Below are positions 28,122 through 37,166 of a stretch of 64,000 nucleotides of DNA, in pieces. Numbering within the stretch: the stretch's first letter is position 1; every line of letters starts with the position of its first letter. Made by a program: the position numbers and the translations under genes. The notes under the pieces are model-generated. The model saw only the letters and a list, made by a program, of their open reading frames with translations. It was not told where the DNA came from and searched no databases. The DNA lies in the NCBI GenBank assembly GCA_015064095.1, contig SVSW01000001.1, positions 709 to 64,708 on the forward strand, in the 5' to 3' direction. The DNA is from Oscillospiraceae bacterium (GTDB lineage Bacteria; Bacillota; Clostridia; Oscillospirales; CAG-272).

Positions 28122-28951
28122 AGATCAAACAGGATATTCACATTCACTCATACCACTCCCCCTGTGCTCAAAGCAACGCCACCCCTCAGTTCTATATTGA
28201 TAACGCAGCTGAAAGAGGCCTTGAGCTGATCGGATTTGCCGACCATATGTGGGACAACGGACACGGTTATTCCATTGCGTCTTATGAAAGACACCAAACC
28301 AATTTCGCGCGTTTGTTAAAGATAAAAGACGATCTCGCAAAGTGCACCATTCCCGATGGATTGCGAGTGCTTGTTGGCTGCGAAAGCGATTTTACCGCAG
28401 ACAGCACGCTCGGTATTTCACGCGAGGTCGCAGCGCAGCTCGATTTCGTCCTCGTTGCACATTCACATACGCATTTTCCCGAAATTTGCCCCTCGCCTTA
28501 CAGAGACGATCGCTTCTCCTGCGCAAAATTCGCGCTGAATGCGTTTAAACGACTGATGAAGCACCCCGATGCAGATCTGATCACCGCAATTCCGCACCCG
28601 ATAGCAACGCATTATGTTGGGCAGGAAGGATCAGACTTAGATGCTATTGCAGCAATCAGCGATGCGGAATTCAGAGAAGCTTTTTTGCTTGCAGCAGATA
28701 AGCAGATCGGAATCGAGATCAATGCCCACATCGCCATGTTTGCCCTTAAAGCGGCAGGCACCGACATAAAGGATATTGACAAGATAAAAAATAATGAGTA
28801 TTACCGTATGTTCAGCATTGCCAAGGAAACCGGCTGTAAGTTTACTTTCGGTTCCGATGCACATAGCCAGGGTGCTGTGGAGTATTTTGCCTACGCACAG
28901 GCAATGGCAGATGCACTCGGTCTTACCGATGACGACGTGATCTTGCTTTGA
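28118..28951 (+). CDS. PHP-domain metal-dependent phosphoesterase (histidinol-phosphatase-like), paralogue A
   Basis: 277 aa. PHP motifs DIHIHS, GFADH, HSHTH and FGSDAHS. The start overlaps the MFS stop (ATGA). Confidence 0.7.
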   Translation: MKIKQDIHIHSYHSPCAQSNATPQFYIDNAAERGLELIGFADHMWDNGHGYSIASYERHQTNFARLLKIKDDLAKCTIPDGLRVLVGCESDFTADSTLGISREVAAQLDFVLVAHSHTHFPEICPSPYRDDRFSCAKFALNAFKRLMKHPDADLITAIPHPIATHYVGQEGSDLDAIAAISDAEFREAFLLAADKQIGIEINAHIAMFALKAAGTDIKDIDKIKNNEYYRMFSIAKETGCKFTFGSDAHSQGAVEYFAYAQAMADALGLTDDDVILL

Positions 28952-28996
28952 CATACATCAATACATAAAAGCAACGATCATTAAAGGAGAAAAGCC

Positions 28997-29830
28997 ATGA
29001 AAATCAAGCAGGATATTCACATTCACACCTACATCTCCGCCTGTGCTCAAAGCAACGCCACCCCTCAGTTCTATATTGATAACGCAGCTGAAAGAGGCCT
29101 TGAGCTGATCGGATTTGCCGACCATATGTGGGACAACGGAAAGGGTTACTCCATTGCATCATATGAAAGACATCATGGTAATTTTGCAAATCTCATAAGA
29201 ATAAAAGAAGATCTCGCAAAATGCACCGTTCCCGACGGATTACGCGTATTGGTTGGTTGTGAAACCGATTTTGTCGCCGACAGCACGCTCGGTGTTTCCC
29301 GTGAGGTTGCATCACAGCTTGATTTCGTTCTCGCTCCGAATTCGCATACGCATTTCCCCGAGGTTTGCCCATCTCCTTACAGAGATGATCGCTTCTCCTG
29401 CGTAAAATTCTCGCTGGACGCGTTCAAACGACTGCTGAAGCACCCCGATGCAGATATTATTACCGCAGTTGCGCACCCGATAGCAACGCATTACGTTGGG
29501 CAGGAAGGATCGGATATTGACGCTATTGCAACGATCAGCGATGCCGAATTCAGAGAAGCTTTCTTGCTTGCGGCGGATAAGCAGATAGGAATTGAGATCA
29601 ATGCACATATTGTTATGTTTGCCCTTAAAGCGGCAGGCACCGACATAAAGGATATTGACAAGATAAAGAATAATGAGTATTACCGTATGTTCAGCATTGC
29701 CAAGGAAACCGGCTGTAAGTTTACTTTCGGTTCCGATGCACATAGCCAGGGTGCTGTGGAGTATTTTGCCTACGCACAAGCAATGGCAGATGCACTCGGT
29801 CTTACCGATGACAACGTGATCTTGCTCTGA
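28997..29830 (+). CDS. PHP-domain metal-dependent phosphoesterase, paralogue B (tandem duplicate)
   Basis: 277 aa and collinear with paralogue A. I counted about 30 amino-acid differences by hand. AAAGGAGA RBS upstream. Confidence 0.7.
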   Translation: MKIKQDIHIHTYISACAQSNATPQFYIDNAAERGLELIGFADHMWDNGKGYSIASYERHHGNFANLIRIKEDLAKCTVPDGLRVLVGCETDFVADSTLGVSREVASQLDFVLAPNSHTHFPEVCPSPYRDDRFSCVKFSLDAFKRLLKHPDADIITAVAHPIATHYVGQEGSDIDAIATISDAEFREAFLLAADKQIGIEINAHIVMFALKAAGTDIKDIDKIKNNEYYRMFSIAKETGCKFTFGSDAHSQGAVEYFAYAQAMADALGLTDDNVILL

Positions 29831-29850
29831 TTATTTATGATCACATACGC

Positions 29851-29884
29851 AAAAAGTCCGAACGCAACGCGTTCGGACTTTTTG
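29851..29884 (+). terminator. intrinsic terminator after the PHP paralogues
   Basis: GTCCGAACGC-aac-GCGTTCGGAC followed by TTTTT. Confidence 0.8.
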
Positions 29885-29909
29885 TCTTTTACTATTCACC
29901 GAAAAGCCC

Positions 29910-29939
29910 TTGACAAACCTACTTTTATAGTGATATAAT
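29910..29939 (+). promoter_or_regulatory. sigmaA-type promoter for tRNA-Leu
   Basis: TTGACA, 18-nt spacer, TATAAT (29934-29939). Confidence 0.55.
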
Positions 29940-29948
29940 AGCACATAT

Positions 29949-30035
29949 GCCGGAGTGGCGGAATTGGCAGACGCCAGGGACTTAAAATCCCTTGACATTC
30001 GTGTCGTACGGGTTCGAGCCCCGTTTCCGGCACCA
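29949..30035 (+). tRNA. tRNA-Leu (anticodon UAA)
   Basis: Class II tRNA with a long variable arm. Anticodon stem AGGGA/TCCCT, loop CTTAAAA, encoded CCA. Confidence 0.88.
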
Positions 30036-30061
30036 AAAAGAGCACCTAACGGTGCTCTTTT
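30036..30061. terminator. bidirectional terminator
   Basis: AGAGCACC-taac-GGTGCTCT flanked by an A-run and a T-run, between tRNA-Leu and the convergent hydrolase gene. Confidence 0.75.
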
Positions 30062-30067
30062 CTATTA

Positions 30068-31126
30068 TCATTTTAAAATTTCCGCAAAAAATTTCTCAAA
30101 TCTGCCGCCGTCGACGTCAAAGCGGTGACCGCCCTCCCATAAATTAAATGAGAATTTATCCTCGGCTCCTGCGGCTCTGTAATATTCCTTCGCACGCTCG
30201 GCTTCGGGGATTGAGGTCGCATATCCGAAAACAGGATCCACCTTGCCTACGTCTACGAGCAAAAGTCTCGGTGCGCAAAGTCCTGCGACCTCTGCGTCCT
30301 GAAACATATATGCCGCGTTTTGATAGCCCCAATCGTCAAAGCATTCGTACGAACGGTCGTTGAAAAAGCCTGCGGCGTAGCCCGCCTTTATCCTTTTATC
30401 CGCTGCCATTGTATGCATCGTATAATATCCGCCGTACGAAAGACCCATCATGCCGATCTTGTCCTCATCAACGCAATCGAGCGAAGAAAGCCAATCGATC
30501 GATCGGCGTATGCAAAACACTTCAAGACCAGTCAGGGACATTCCAAATCTTTTAAGCTGTGTATCGTACGTGCGACGGCTTTTGTACGGCACGCCCTTCG
30601 GCGGCTCGGCGGGCTCGTCGGGCACGGTAAATAGCCACGTGAGAAGCTGCGGAGCAAACACTATCAGACCTTGTTCAAGTGCTCGCTTTATAAAATAACT
30701 GTAATTATTCTCACCCCACATATCGCCGCACTTTTCGGGCGTTCCTCCTCCTCCGTGCTGTGCGATAACGAGCGGTGCGCGCGTCACTCCGTTCGGTATC
30801 ATCAGTATACCGTAAAAGAAAAATCCGTCCGCGACCTCAATACTGACGCGCTCGATAGACGAAAAATCATCTCGTGCGACAAATTCGCGTTCGGCGCGCG
30901 GTATTCCGTCGGCTTTGGGCTCGCCTATCATCTCCATGTATTTTTTTCTGTACTCTTCTCTGTTTTGAGCCAGCTTTTCCGGCGAGAAAAATTCGTTCCT
31001 TGACGCTTTTGCTTTTGTAAGCTCCTTTTCCATATACGAATCTATGGATTCAAGGTATCTGCGGCGGTACTCATCTCCCTCGTTTATCTCGCAGGTGTAA
31101 AACTTTTTTCCGTTATAAATGTTCAT
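30068..31126 (-). CDS. alpha/beta hydrolase (dienelactone-hydrolase/acetyl-esterase-like)
   Basis: 352 aa. Nucleophile elbow GLSYGG, HGGGG oxyanion-region-like motif, and C-terminal GGHRF. Confidence 0.65.
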   Translation of the reverse strand: MNIYNGKKFYTCEINEGDEYRRRYLESIDSYMEKELTKAKASRNEFFSPEKLAQNREEYRKKYMEMIGEPKADGIPRAEREFVARDDFSSIERVSIEVADGFFFYGILMIPNGVTRAPLVIAQHGGGGTPEKCGDMWGENNYSYFIKRALEQGLIVFAPQLLTWLFTVPDEPAEPPKGVPYKSRRTYDTQLKRFGMSLTGLEVFCIRRSIDWLSSLDCVDEDKIGMMGLSYGGYYTMHTMAADKRIKAGYAAGFFNDRSYECFDDWGYQNAAYMFQDAEVAGLCAPRLLLVDVGKVDPVFGYATSIPEAERAKEYYRAAGAEDKFSFNLWEGGHRFDVDGGRFEKFFAEILK

Positions 31127-31281
31127 ATCATCACCTCAAGGCAATTATAACATACATTTTGATTTTTGTATACCCCCTCGAACAAAATCCCCTCGCGTAT
31201 TTTGTCACGCGGCGACAGGCTTCGTCATAATATGATATTGAGAGGCGAAAAGCCTCGACAATCTTCAGGAGGAATTATTTT

Positions 31282-31374
31282 ATGAACGGCTGCCTTTGCA
31301 ATATTTTCGACGACAACAACATAATCTGGCTCGTCATCATCGCGCTCCTTCTTCTCTACTGCTGCAACGGTTGA
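31282..31374 (+). CDS. 30-aa Cys-rich hydrophobic peptide (hypothetical)
   Basis: My translation is MNGCLCNIFDDNNIIWLVIIALLLLYCCNG. AGGAGGA lies 7 nt upstream and a terminator follows directly. Below the ORF-track cutoff. Confidence 0.45.
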   Translation: MNGCLCNIFDDNNIIWLVIIALLLLYCCNG

Positions 31375-31380
31375 GAATAA

Positions 31381-31410
31381 AAAAGGCTACCGCCCCGGCG
31401 GTAGCCTTTT
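31381..31410. terminator. bidirectional intrinsic terminator
   Basis: GGCTACCG-ccccgg-CGGTAGCC flanked by an A-run and a T-run. Confidence 0.75.
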
Positions 31411-31413
31411 ACA

Positions 31414-31659
31414 TTACAGCTGTGTTTTTATTTTCTTAAGGCAATCCTCGCAAATGCGCTTGCCGTTGAAATATACTACGTTGTCAGCATTGCTGCAAAA
31501 AACGCACGCAGGGTGATATTTCATAAGAATGATCTTATTATCATCGGTATATATTTCAATAGGATCCTTCTCCTTTATGTCCATGGTCTTACGTATCTCG
31601 ATCGGCAAAACTATTCTGCCGAGATGATCGACCATTCTTACCATTCCCGTTGACTTCAT
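31414..31659 (-). CDS. abrB: AbrB/SpoVT-family transition-state regulator
   Basis: N-terminal swapped-hairpin motif GMVRMVDHLGRIVLPIEIRKTMDI. 81 aa with a C-terminal Cys cluster. Confidence 0.8.
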   Translation of the reverse strand: MKSTGMVRMVDHLGRIVLPIEIRKTMDIKEKDPIEIYTDDNKIILMKYHPACVFCSNADNVVYFNGKRICEDCLKKIKTQL

Positions 31660-31691
31660 ATTTCCTCCAAAGCTTTATTATTTTCACTTAC

Positions 31692-31720
31692 ATTATAAAG
31701 CATCGAAATTTGTCTGTCAA
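31692..31720 (-). promoter_or_regulatory. sigmaA-type promoter for abrB
   Basis: Minus strand: TTGACA, 17-nt spacer, TATAAT. Confidence 0.55.
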
Positions 31721-31830
31721 TGGCAATATATGGAAATTAATATATTATTTACAATTTATTTGTCGAGCAAGCATCGCAAGACTAAACGTCCTTTTTCGTG
31801 GCAATAATTAAATAAAAGGAAGTGATTATT

Positions 31831-32112
31831 ATGATAAAAGGAAGTCAAAGAAAGATAATTCTCATAAACGGCGCGGAATCATCTCCGTTTGAAACCGCAT
31901 ATTTCGTCTTGCGCAGCAGCGCGGAGGATTCGGGGGCGGCGCACGCGGACATGGTGCGCGAGGCTAACCGCATAATCGAGCTGAGCGTGCCCGAAGCCTC
32001 GCGGCGCTTTCGCCGCCGCGAGGCCTTCTTGGCGCGCTTGCGCGCCGCCGCCCTGTTCTTCGGAGGAACGCTTACGGGTGGCAGCCTCGTTGCCCTGCTG
32101 TTGACAAGATGA
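31831..32112 (+). CDS. hypothetical protein with C-terminal hydrophobic segment
   Basis: About 93 aa, ATG after AAAGGAAG. The second half is Arg/Ala-rich and noticeably GC-rich. No family recognised. Confidence 0.45.
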   Translation: MIKGSQRKIILINGAESSPFETAYFVLRSSAEDSGAAHADMVREANRIIELSVPEASRRFRRREAFLARLRAAALFFGGTLTGGSLVALLLTR

Positions 32113-32129
32113 TTACAGTATGATATAAT
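32101..32129 (+). promoter_or_regulatory. sigmaA-type promoter for RNase J (about 130-nt leader)
   Basis: TTGACA (32101-32106), 17-nt spacer, TATAAT (32124-32129). Confidence 0.55.
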
Positions 32130-32262
32130 ATATTTAGTTTAGCAACGGTTATTTTTGCGCAATATCAAAAAATGTTCTCGCGGCGGGACGTGTGCTGCGA
32201 CCAAAGGCATTTTTGTATGTTGCGTGTATTTTTGCGTGCAAATTTTCAAAAGGAGGAAAACA

Positions 32263-34134
32263 ATGCCCGAAAATAAGAAAAATGCAAAAGCGCCGAAGAT
32301 CGAAGCACCAAGGCACAAAAGAAAGCCCAAAAACACGGGATCTGCTCCAAAAAGATCATATCAAGCGGATAAAAAGCCGAAAAACAAGGGTGAAAAGCCC
32401 AATTCTTCCGACCCTAATATAAAAAAAGGTAAAACTCAAAAAACGAAGAAGCTTATTGACGGAAACAGCGGCGAAAAGCTGCGTATAATCCCTCTTGGCG
32501 GTCTTGGCGAGGTTGGAAAGAACATCACTGCCATTGAATGCGGAGAGGATATCATAATCGTTGACTGCGGAGTGGGATTCCCCGACGAGGATATGTTCGG
32601 AATAGATCTCGTTATCCCCGATATCACGTATCTTGAAGGCAAGCGTGACAAAATACGCGGCATGGTGTTAACGCACGGACACGAGGATCATATCGGCTCG
32701 ATACCCTATGTTTTTCGATCGATAAATCCGCCGATCTACGGCACGCGCCTGACTCTCAAAATAATTGAAAACAAGCTGCGTGAGCACAAGCTCCCTTGGG
32801 ACACGTCGCTTAGATGCGTTGATGCGGGCGACACCGTACGGCTCGGCTGCTTCTCCGTTGAGTTCATTCGTGTGAACCACTCGGTTGCGGACGCTTGCTG
32901 CCTCGCGATAAAAACTCCTCTCGGAACTATAATACACACAGGAGATTTCAAGCTCGATCTCACTCCTATTGAGGGTGACATTATGAATATTCCGCGCCTC
33001 GGTCAACTCGGAAACGAGGGGGTCCTGCTTCTTATGTGCGAATCAACGAACGCGGAGCGCCCCGGCTACACGCCCTCCGAGCGCACGGTCGGCAGATCTC
33101 TTGAATACATCTTCGCAACAAACGAGGATAAGCGGATCGTCATTTCAACGTTTTCATCAAACGTTCACCGAGTTCAGCAAATACTGAACGCAGCGGCAGA
33201 GCACGGCAGGAAGGTTGCCATAACGGGACGCAGTATGATAAACATTATCACCTCTGCTATCGAGCTTGGCTATATCGACCTTCCCGACGGCGTACTGATC
33301 GACATTGGCAGCATAAAGCGTTACCGTCCGCACGAGCTTGTTCTCGTTTGCACAGGCAGCCAAGGAGAGCCGATGTCAGCGCTTTACCGAATGGCTTTCG
33401 GAGATCATTCGCAGGTGACGCTCGACCGAAACGATGTTGTGCTTATTTCGGCTTCCGCTATACCCGGAAACGAAAAGCTCGTCGGGCGCATCATAAACGA
33501 GCTTTGCCAACGCGGTGTCGGAGTTATAAACGATCCGCTCGGAGGCGGAGTGCACGTTTCAGGCCACGCGTGCCAAGAGGAGCTTAAGCTCATGATGGCA
33601 CTGACAAAGCCGCTTTATTTTATGCCGATACACGGTGAGGCGCGTCACCTTGAAGCAAACCGCAAAAACGCGCAGCAGATGTCCATTCCCGATGAAAATA
33701 TTTTCATATCAAAAATCGGGCGCGTGCTTGAGATTGACCGAAAGGGCGCACGGCTTGCCGAAACGGTTACTGCCGGTAATATAATGGTTGACGGCTCGGG
33801 CGTTGGCGATGTTGGAGATATCGTTCTGCGCGACCGCCGAATACTCGCCGAGGACGGATTGCTCGTTGTTGTTGCAAGCGTTGATCTCGGCGCAAAGCTC
33901 TTGCTCTCAAACCCCGACGTGATCTCGCGCGGATTCGTTTATATGAGAGAATCCGAGGATCTTATCGAGGAGGTCAAGGCGATCGCCGCTGACTCGATCG
34001 CGCGCACGCTTATGATGCGCGGACATGCGGACCGTATGCAGATCAAAACAAAGATGCGCGACGAGATCGCTCGCTTTGTTTATCAAAAGACAAAACGCCG
34101 CCCGATGATCCTTCCCGTAATCGTTGATGTGTAA
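32263..34134 (+). CDS. rnj: ribonuclease J (beta-CASP metallo-beta-lactamase) with Lys-rich N-terminal extension
   Basis: LRIIPLGGLGEVGKN, HGHEDHIG, a beta-CASP region and a C-terminal domain. Start taken at the ATG at 32263 after AGGAGG. Confidence 0.9.
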   Translation: MPENKKNAKAPKIEAPRHKRKPKNTGSAPKRSYQADKKPKNKGEKPNSSDPNIKKGKTQKTKKLIDGNSGEKLRIIPLGGLGEVGKNITAIECGEDIIIVDCGVGFPDEDMFGIDLVIPDITYLEGKRDKIRGMVLTHGHEDHIGSIPYVFRSINPPIYGTRLTLKIIENKLREHKLPWDTSLRCVDAGDTVRLGCFSVEFIRVNHSVADACCLAIKTPLGTIIHTGDFKLDLTPIEGDIMNIPRLGQLGNEGVLLLMCESTNAERPGYTPSERTVGRSLEYIFATNEDKRIVISTFSSNVHRVQQILNAAAEHGRKVAITGRSMINIITSAIELGYIDLPDGVLIDIGSIKRYRPHELVLVCTGSQGEPMSALYRMAFGDHSQVTLDRNDVVLISASAIPGNEKLVGRIINELCQRGVGVINDPLGGGVHVSGHACQEELKLMMALTKPLYFMPIHGEARHLEANRKNAQQMSIPDENIFISKIGRVLEIDRKGARLAETVTAGNIMVDGSGVGDVGDIVLRDRRILAEDGLLVVVASVDLGAKLLLSNPDVISRGFVYMRESEDLIEEVKAIAADSIARTLMMRGHADRMQIKTKMRDEIARFVYQKTKRRPMILPVIVDV

Positions 34135-34243
34135 AAAGTTTTTATTTCGTTCACAATTACGTCATATCCACATCACTAACTGACAGTATAATGTTTATGT
34201 TTGTAAAAATTAAAGTTTCTTAAAGAACAGAAAGGATCCATTC

Positions 34244-36082
34244 ATGGGAAAAAGTAAAAGGATCAGGGCCGAAAGAGCCCAAGCCATTGCGGCAAATCCC
34301 GACAAATATGTAAAGCAGAATTCTTCAAAGAAAGCAACGATAGTTACGATCGTGATCGTCGCCGTTATTGCGGCAATGGTGCTCGGTCTCGTTGCCGTTG
34401 CCATTGCGCAGTCACTGGGCACATTTGTTCGTTTTCAGACCGCGTATTCTTACAATAAAGACGGAATCAATATTTCGATCAACGGAACTATGCTTTCCTA
34501 TCTTTATTACCAGCAGTACAATTATCTTTACAATCTTTACGCTCAATATTTTGACAGCCAAAGCTTGCAGAACTATCTTTCCTCGATAGCTACCTCGGCT
34601 ACAACAAGCGCAAAATCTCAGGCTGAGCAGACCATCAAGCTCTGCGTTGCCGCAACGGCAAACGGAATCAAGCTCGATGATGATGATTACGCTGAGATCA
34701 ACGAAACGATAAAGTCCATTGAGGATTCCGCAAAGAGCGCCGGCGTATCCATAAACGAAGCATACGGCAATCTCGGAATCAATATAGACGATATTCGCGC
34801 TATGCTTGAGCTTTCAACCCTTGCTTCAAAATATAGGGATATAAAGAACGAGGAATTCACAAACGCCGTTAAGGATAACGACGAGGAGCTCAAAAAGTAT
34901 ATGTCGGAGCATATGTCGCTTTTCTATAAGGCGGATTATCTCGTTTATACCTCCGACGATAAGGCCGTTGTCGACAAGTTCAAGAATTTCACAACTGCCG
35001 AGGAATTTAAGACCGAGCTTTTGCAGATAACTATGGACAAAAAGTTCAAGACCAAATTTTCGTCTGCCACAAGCTCTCTCGAAGCAAAGGACCTTCCCGT
35101 TGTATCGTTGAAGGACGCGATCAAGGATTCGATCTTGGCAGAGCTCAAATATTCTTTGCTTGACATAGAGATCGATGGTCTTAAATTTGAAGATGACTCG
35201 ACCGAAAAGGAGCGCATCAAGCTCATATTCGAGAAGCTCTACGGTGACACCACCTTTGAAGCAGGCAAGACCGATAACAGCAAGTCAACGGCAACCACGA
35301 TTTCCGATGCACTTTACACCGCAATTGCTACGGTTGTAAAGGATATGACAACAGAAGCAACCAAAACGATCGGAAACTCCGAAAAGATCGGAAAGGAATA
35401 TGCCCTGCCCGATCTTGCAGACGAGGAAGATGAAACAGAGGAAGAAGATGAGGAGGATAAGCCCACCGAATCCGAGATTTGGGTCTTTGACAATGCACGC
35501 AAAGCGGGCGATTTAAAGATTTTCACCATCGACCCCGAAGATTCTTCGGACACGACCTCTTATTCTGTCTACCTTGTAACAAAGCCCAACTATGTTGATA
35601 CCGAGATCACAAAGAACGTCGGTCACATTCTTATTGGGGTCGAACAAAAGACAGCATCTTCTGAGGCAACTCAGGAAGAAAAGGATAAGATAGCGGCTGA
35701 AAACGACAAGGCATACGCCGACAAGAAGGTTGAAGCAGAGAAGCTGCTCGCAGAGGTTGCAGGTCTTTCCAAGGATAAATTCGAGGAGATAGCCCTTAAA
35801 AACACCGAGGACTCAAACGTTTTCTATGAGAACGTACACACCGAGGAGATGGTTGAAGAATTCGAGGAGTGGCTCTTCGACGAAAATCGCACGGTCGGTG
35901 AAACGGGTCTTGTTAAAACCGAGTACGGCTGGCACATTATGTATTTTGTCGGCGACGGATATGAGGCTTGGAAGGCAGACGCAATTACCTACCAATCTGG
36001 TGATGCATATACCGATTGGTTTGAGGCACTTCCCTACGAAATAAACGTCAACGATAAGGCAATAGCCAACATCTTGGGCTGA
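34244..36082 (+). CDS. membrane-anchored parvulin-type peptidyl-prolyl isomerase (PrsA/SurA-like)
   Basis: 612 aa with an N-terminal TM anchor and a long helical region. The C-terminal PpiC-type domain runs VGHILIG...GETGLVKTEYGWHIMYFVG. Confidence 0.65.
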   Translation: MGKSKRIRAERAQAIAANPDKYVKQNSSKKATIVTIVIVAVIAAMVLGLVAVAIAQSLGTFVRFQTAYSYNKDGINISINGTMLSYLYYQQYNYLYNLYAQYFDSQSLQNYLSSIATSATTSAKSQAEQTIKLCVAATANGIKLDDDDYAEINETIKSIEDSAKSAGVSINEAYGNLGINIDDIRAMLELSTLASKYRDIKNEEFTNAVKDNDEELKKYMSEHMSLFYKADYLVYTSDDKAVVDKFKNFTTAEEFKTELLQITMDKKFKTKFSSATSSLEAKDLPVVSLKDAIKDSILAELKYSLLDIEIDGLKFEDDSTEKERIKLIFEKLYGDTTFEAGKTDNSKSTATTISDALYTAIATVVKDMTTEATKTIGNSEKIGKEYALPDLADEEDETEEEDEEDKPTESEIWVFDNARKAGDLKIFTIDPEDSSDTTSYSVYLVTKPNYVDTEITKNVGHILIGVEQKTASSEATQEEKDKIAAENDKAYADKKVEAEKLLAEVAGLSKDKFEEIALKNTEDSNVFYENVHTEEMVEEFEEWLFDENRTVGETGLVKTEYGWHIMYFVGDGYEAWKADAITYQSGDAYTDWFEALPYEINVNDKAIANILG

Positions 36083-36093
36083 TAAAGCATGAT

Positions 36094-36123
36094 GGCGGCA
36101 CGGGTACCCCGTGCCGCCTTTTT
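36094..36123 (+). terminator. intrinsic terminator
   Basis: GGCGGCACGGG-tac-CCCGTGCCGCC followed by TTTTT. Confidence 0.75.
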
Positions 36124-36130
36124 AAAAGAT

Positions 36131-37114
36131 ATGAAAAAATTTATTATTTTAATTTGCGCGTTTATTATACTTCTCGGCTCGGTGTCATGTGCCCCCGAAA
36201 ATAATAAACCGATCTTATCAAGTGGAAGCTTCTCGCTTTCACGGGGCGAATTTACATATTTTTTTGTGCGTACCGTTCAAAGCTCGCTTGCAGCATACAG
36301 CGAAGAAGAGCTTTCGGCACTCGGATACGATAAATCGAAATCGCCCTCCGAGCAAAAATACGATAACGAAAAAACTTGGTTTGACGTGTTTTTATCGGGC
36401 GCTCTTGACTACACACGCGAGCTGCTTGTGCTATGCGAGGCGGCAAAAGAAGCTGAGATCACGCTTGACGCATCTGACGGGTTTGAATCAAAGCTCGAAA
36501 ATTTTAAATCTCGCATTGAAAGCACATATTCCGTTGATTTCGAAAAATATCTCGAAATAACGTATTACGGCTACACAAGTGCCCGTGAGTTTGAGCAAGC
36601 CTTTGAGCTTGAGCTGCTCGCAAGCAAATTCTCCGCAAAGATCGAGGCGGGAATACTTGACAGCATAAGCGATGAACGCGTTGATGCTTACATCAAGGAA
36701 AATATCGAGCTTCCGAATATGACGAGCACTCGAAATATTATGCTGATCGTCACAGACAGCGCCGCGCGAGCCGAGGAAATACTCGCCGATTTGCCCGACG
36801 AGGATTTTGCCTCTCTTGCAAAAAAGTATTCTATGTCTGCCACGTATCTTTATGAAAACTGCCGCACCGGCGAATTGCGACCGGCGCTTGACGCTTGGCT
36901 CGGTGAGGACGGACGGGCTATCGGCGATATCGGAACAGTTGAGGACGGCGGCAAGTTTTCGATCATATATTATTTTGAGGACGGAGAGCCGATTTCCGCC
37001 CTTGATGCAAAGGAAGCATTGGCACGCGGTGACTACCGAAAATTCATCGATGCGCTTTTTGATAAATTTCCCGTAATTACCAACGAGGAAATTCTTGCAT
37101 CACTTGACATTTAA
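36131..37114 (+). CDS. lipoprotein, SurA/PrsA-like chaperone domain (degenerate parvulin region)
   Basis: Signal peptide with lipobox LLGSVSC. Start taken at MKKFIIL (36131), downstream of the terminator that lies inside the longer ORF-track ORF. Confidence 0.5.
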   Translation: MKKFIILICAFIILLGSVSCAPENNKPILSSGSFSLSRGEFTYFFVRTVQSSLAAYSEEELSALGYDKSKSPSEQKYDNEKTWFDVFLSGALDYTRELLVLCEAAKEAEITLDASDGFESKLENFKSRIESTYSVDFEKYLEITYYGYTSAREFEQAFELELLASKFSAKIEAGILDSISDERVDAYIKENIELPNMTSTRNIMLIVTDSAARAEEILADLPDEDFASLAKKYSMSATYLYENCRTGELRPALDAWLGEDGRAIGDIGTVEDGGKFSIIYYFEDGEPISALDAKEALARGDYRKFIDALFDKFPVITNEEILASLDI

Positions 37115-37166
37115 TTAAAAACAACATATACTAATACGGAAAATTCGTTTTAGAAAGAGATCTCAT

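Noticed and set aside
31761-31767. Spo0A-box-like TGTCGAG near the abrB promoter
   Set aside because: It is a single 6/7 match in AT-rich DNA. It is plausible biologically, but chance cannot be excluded by eye.
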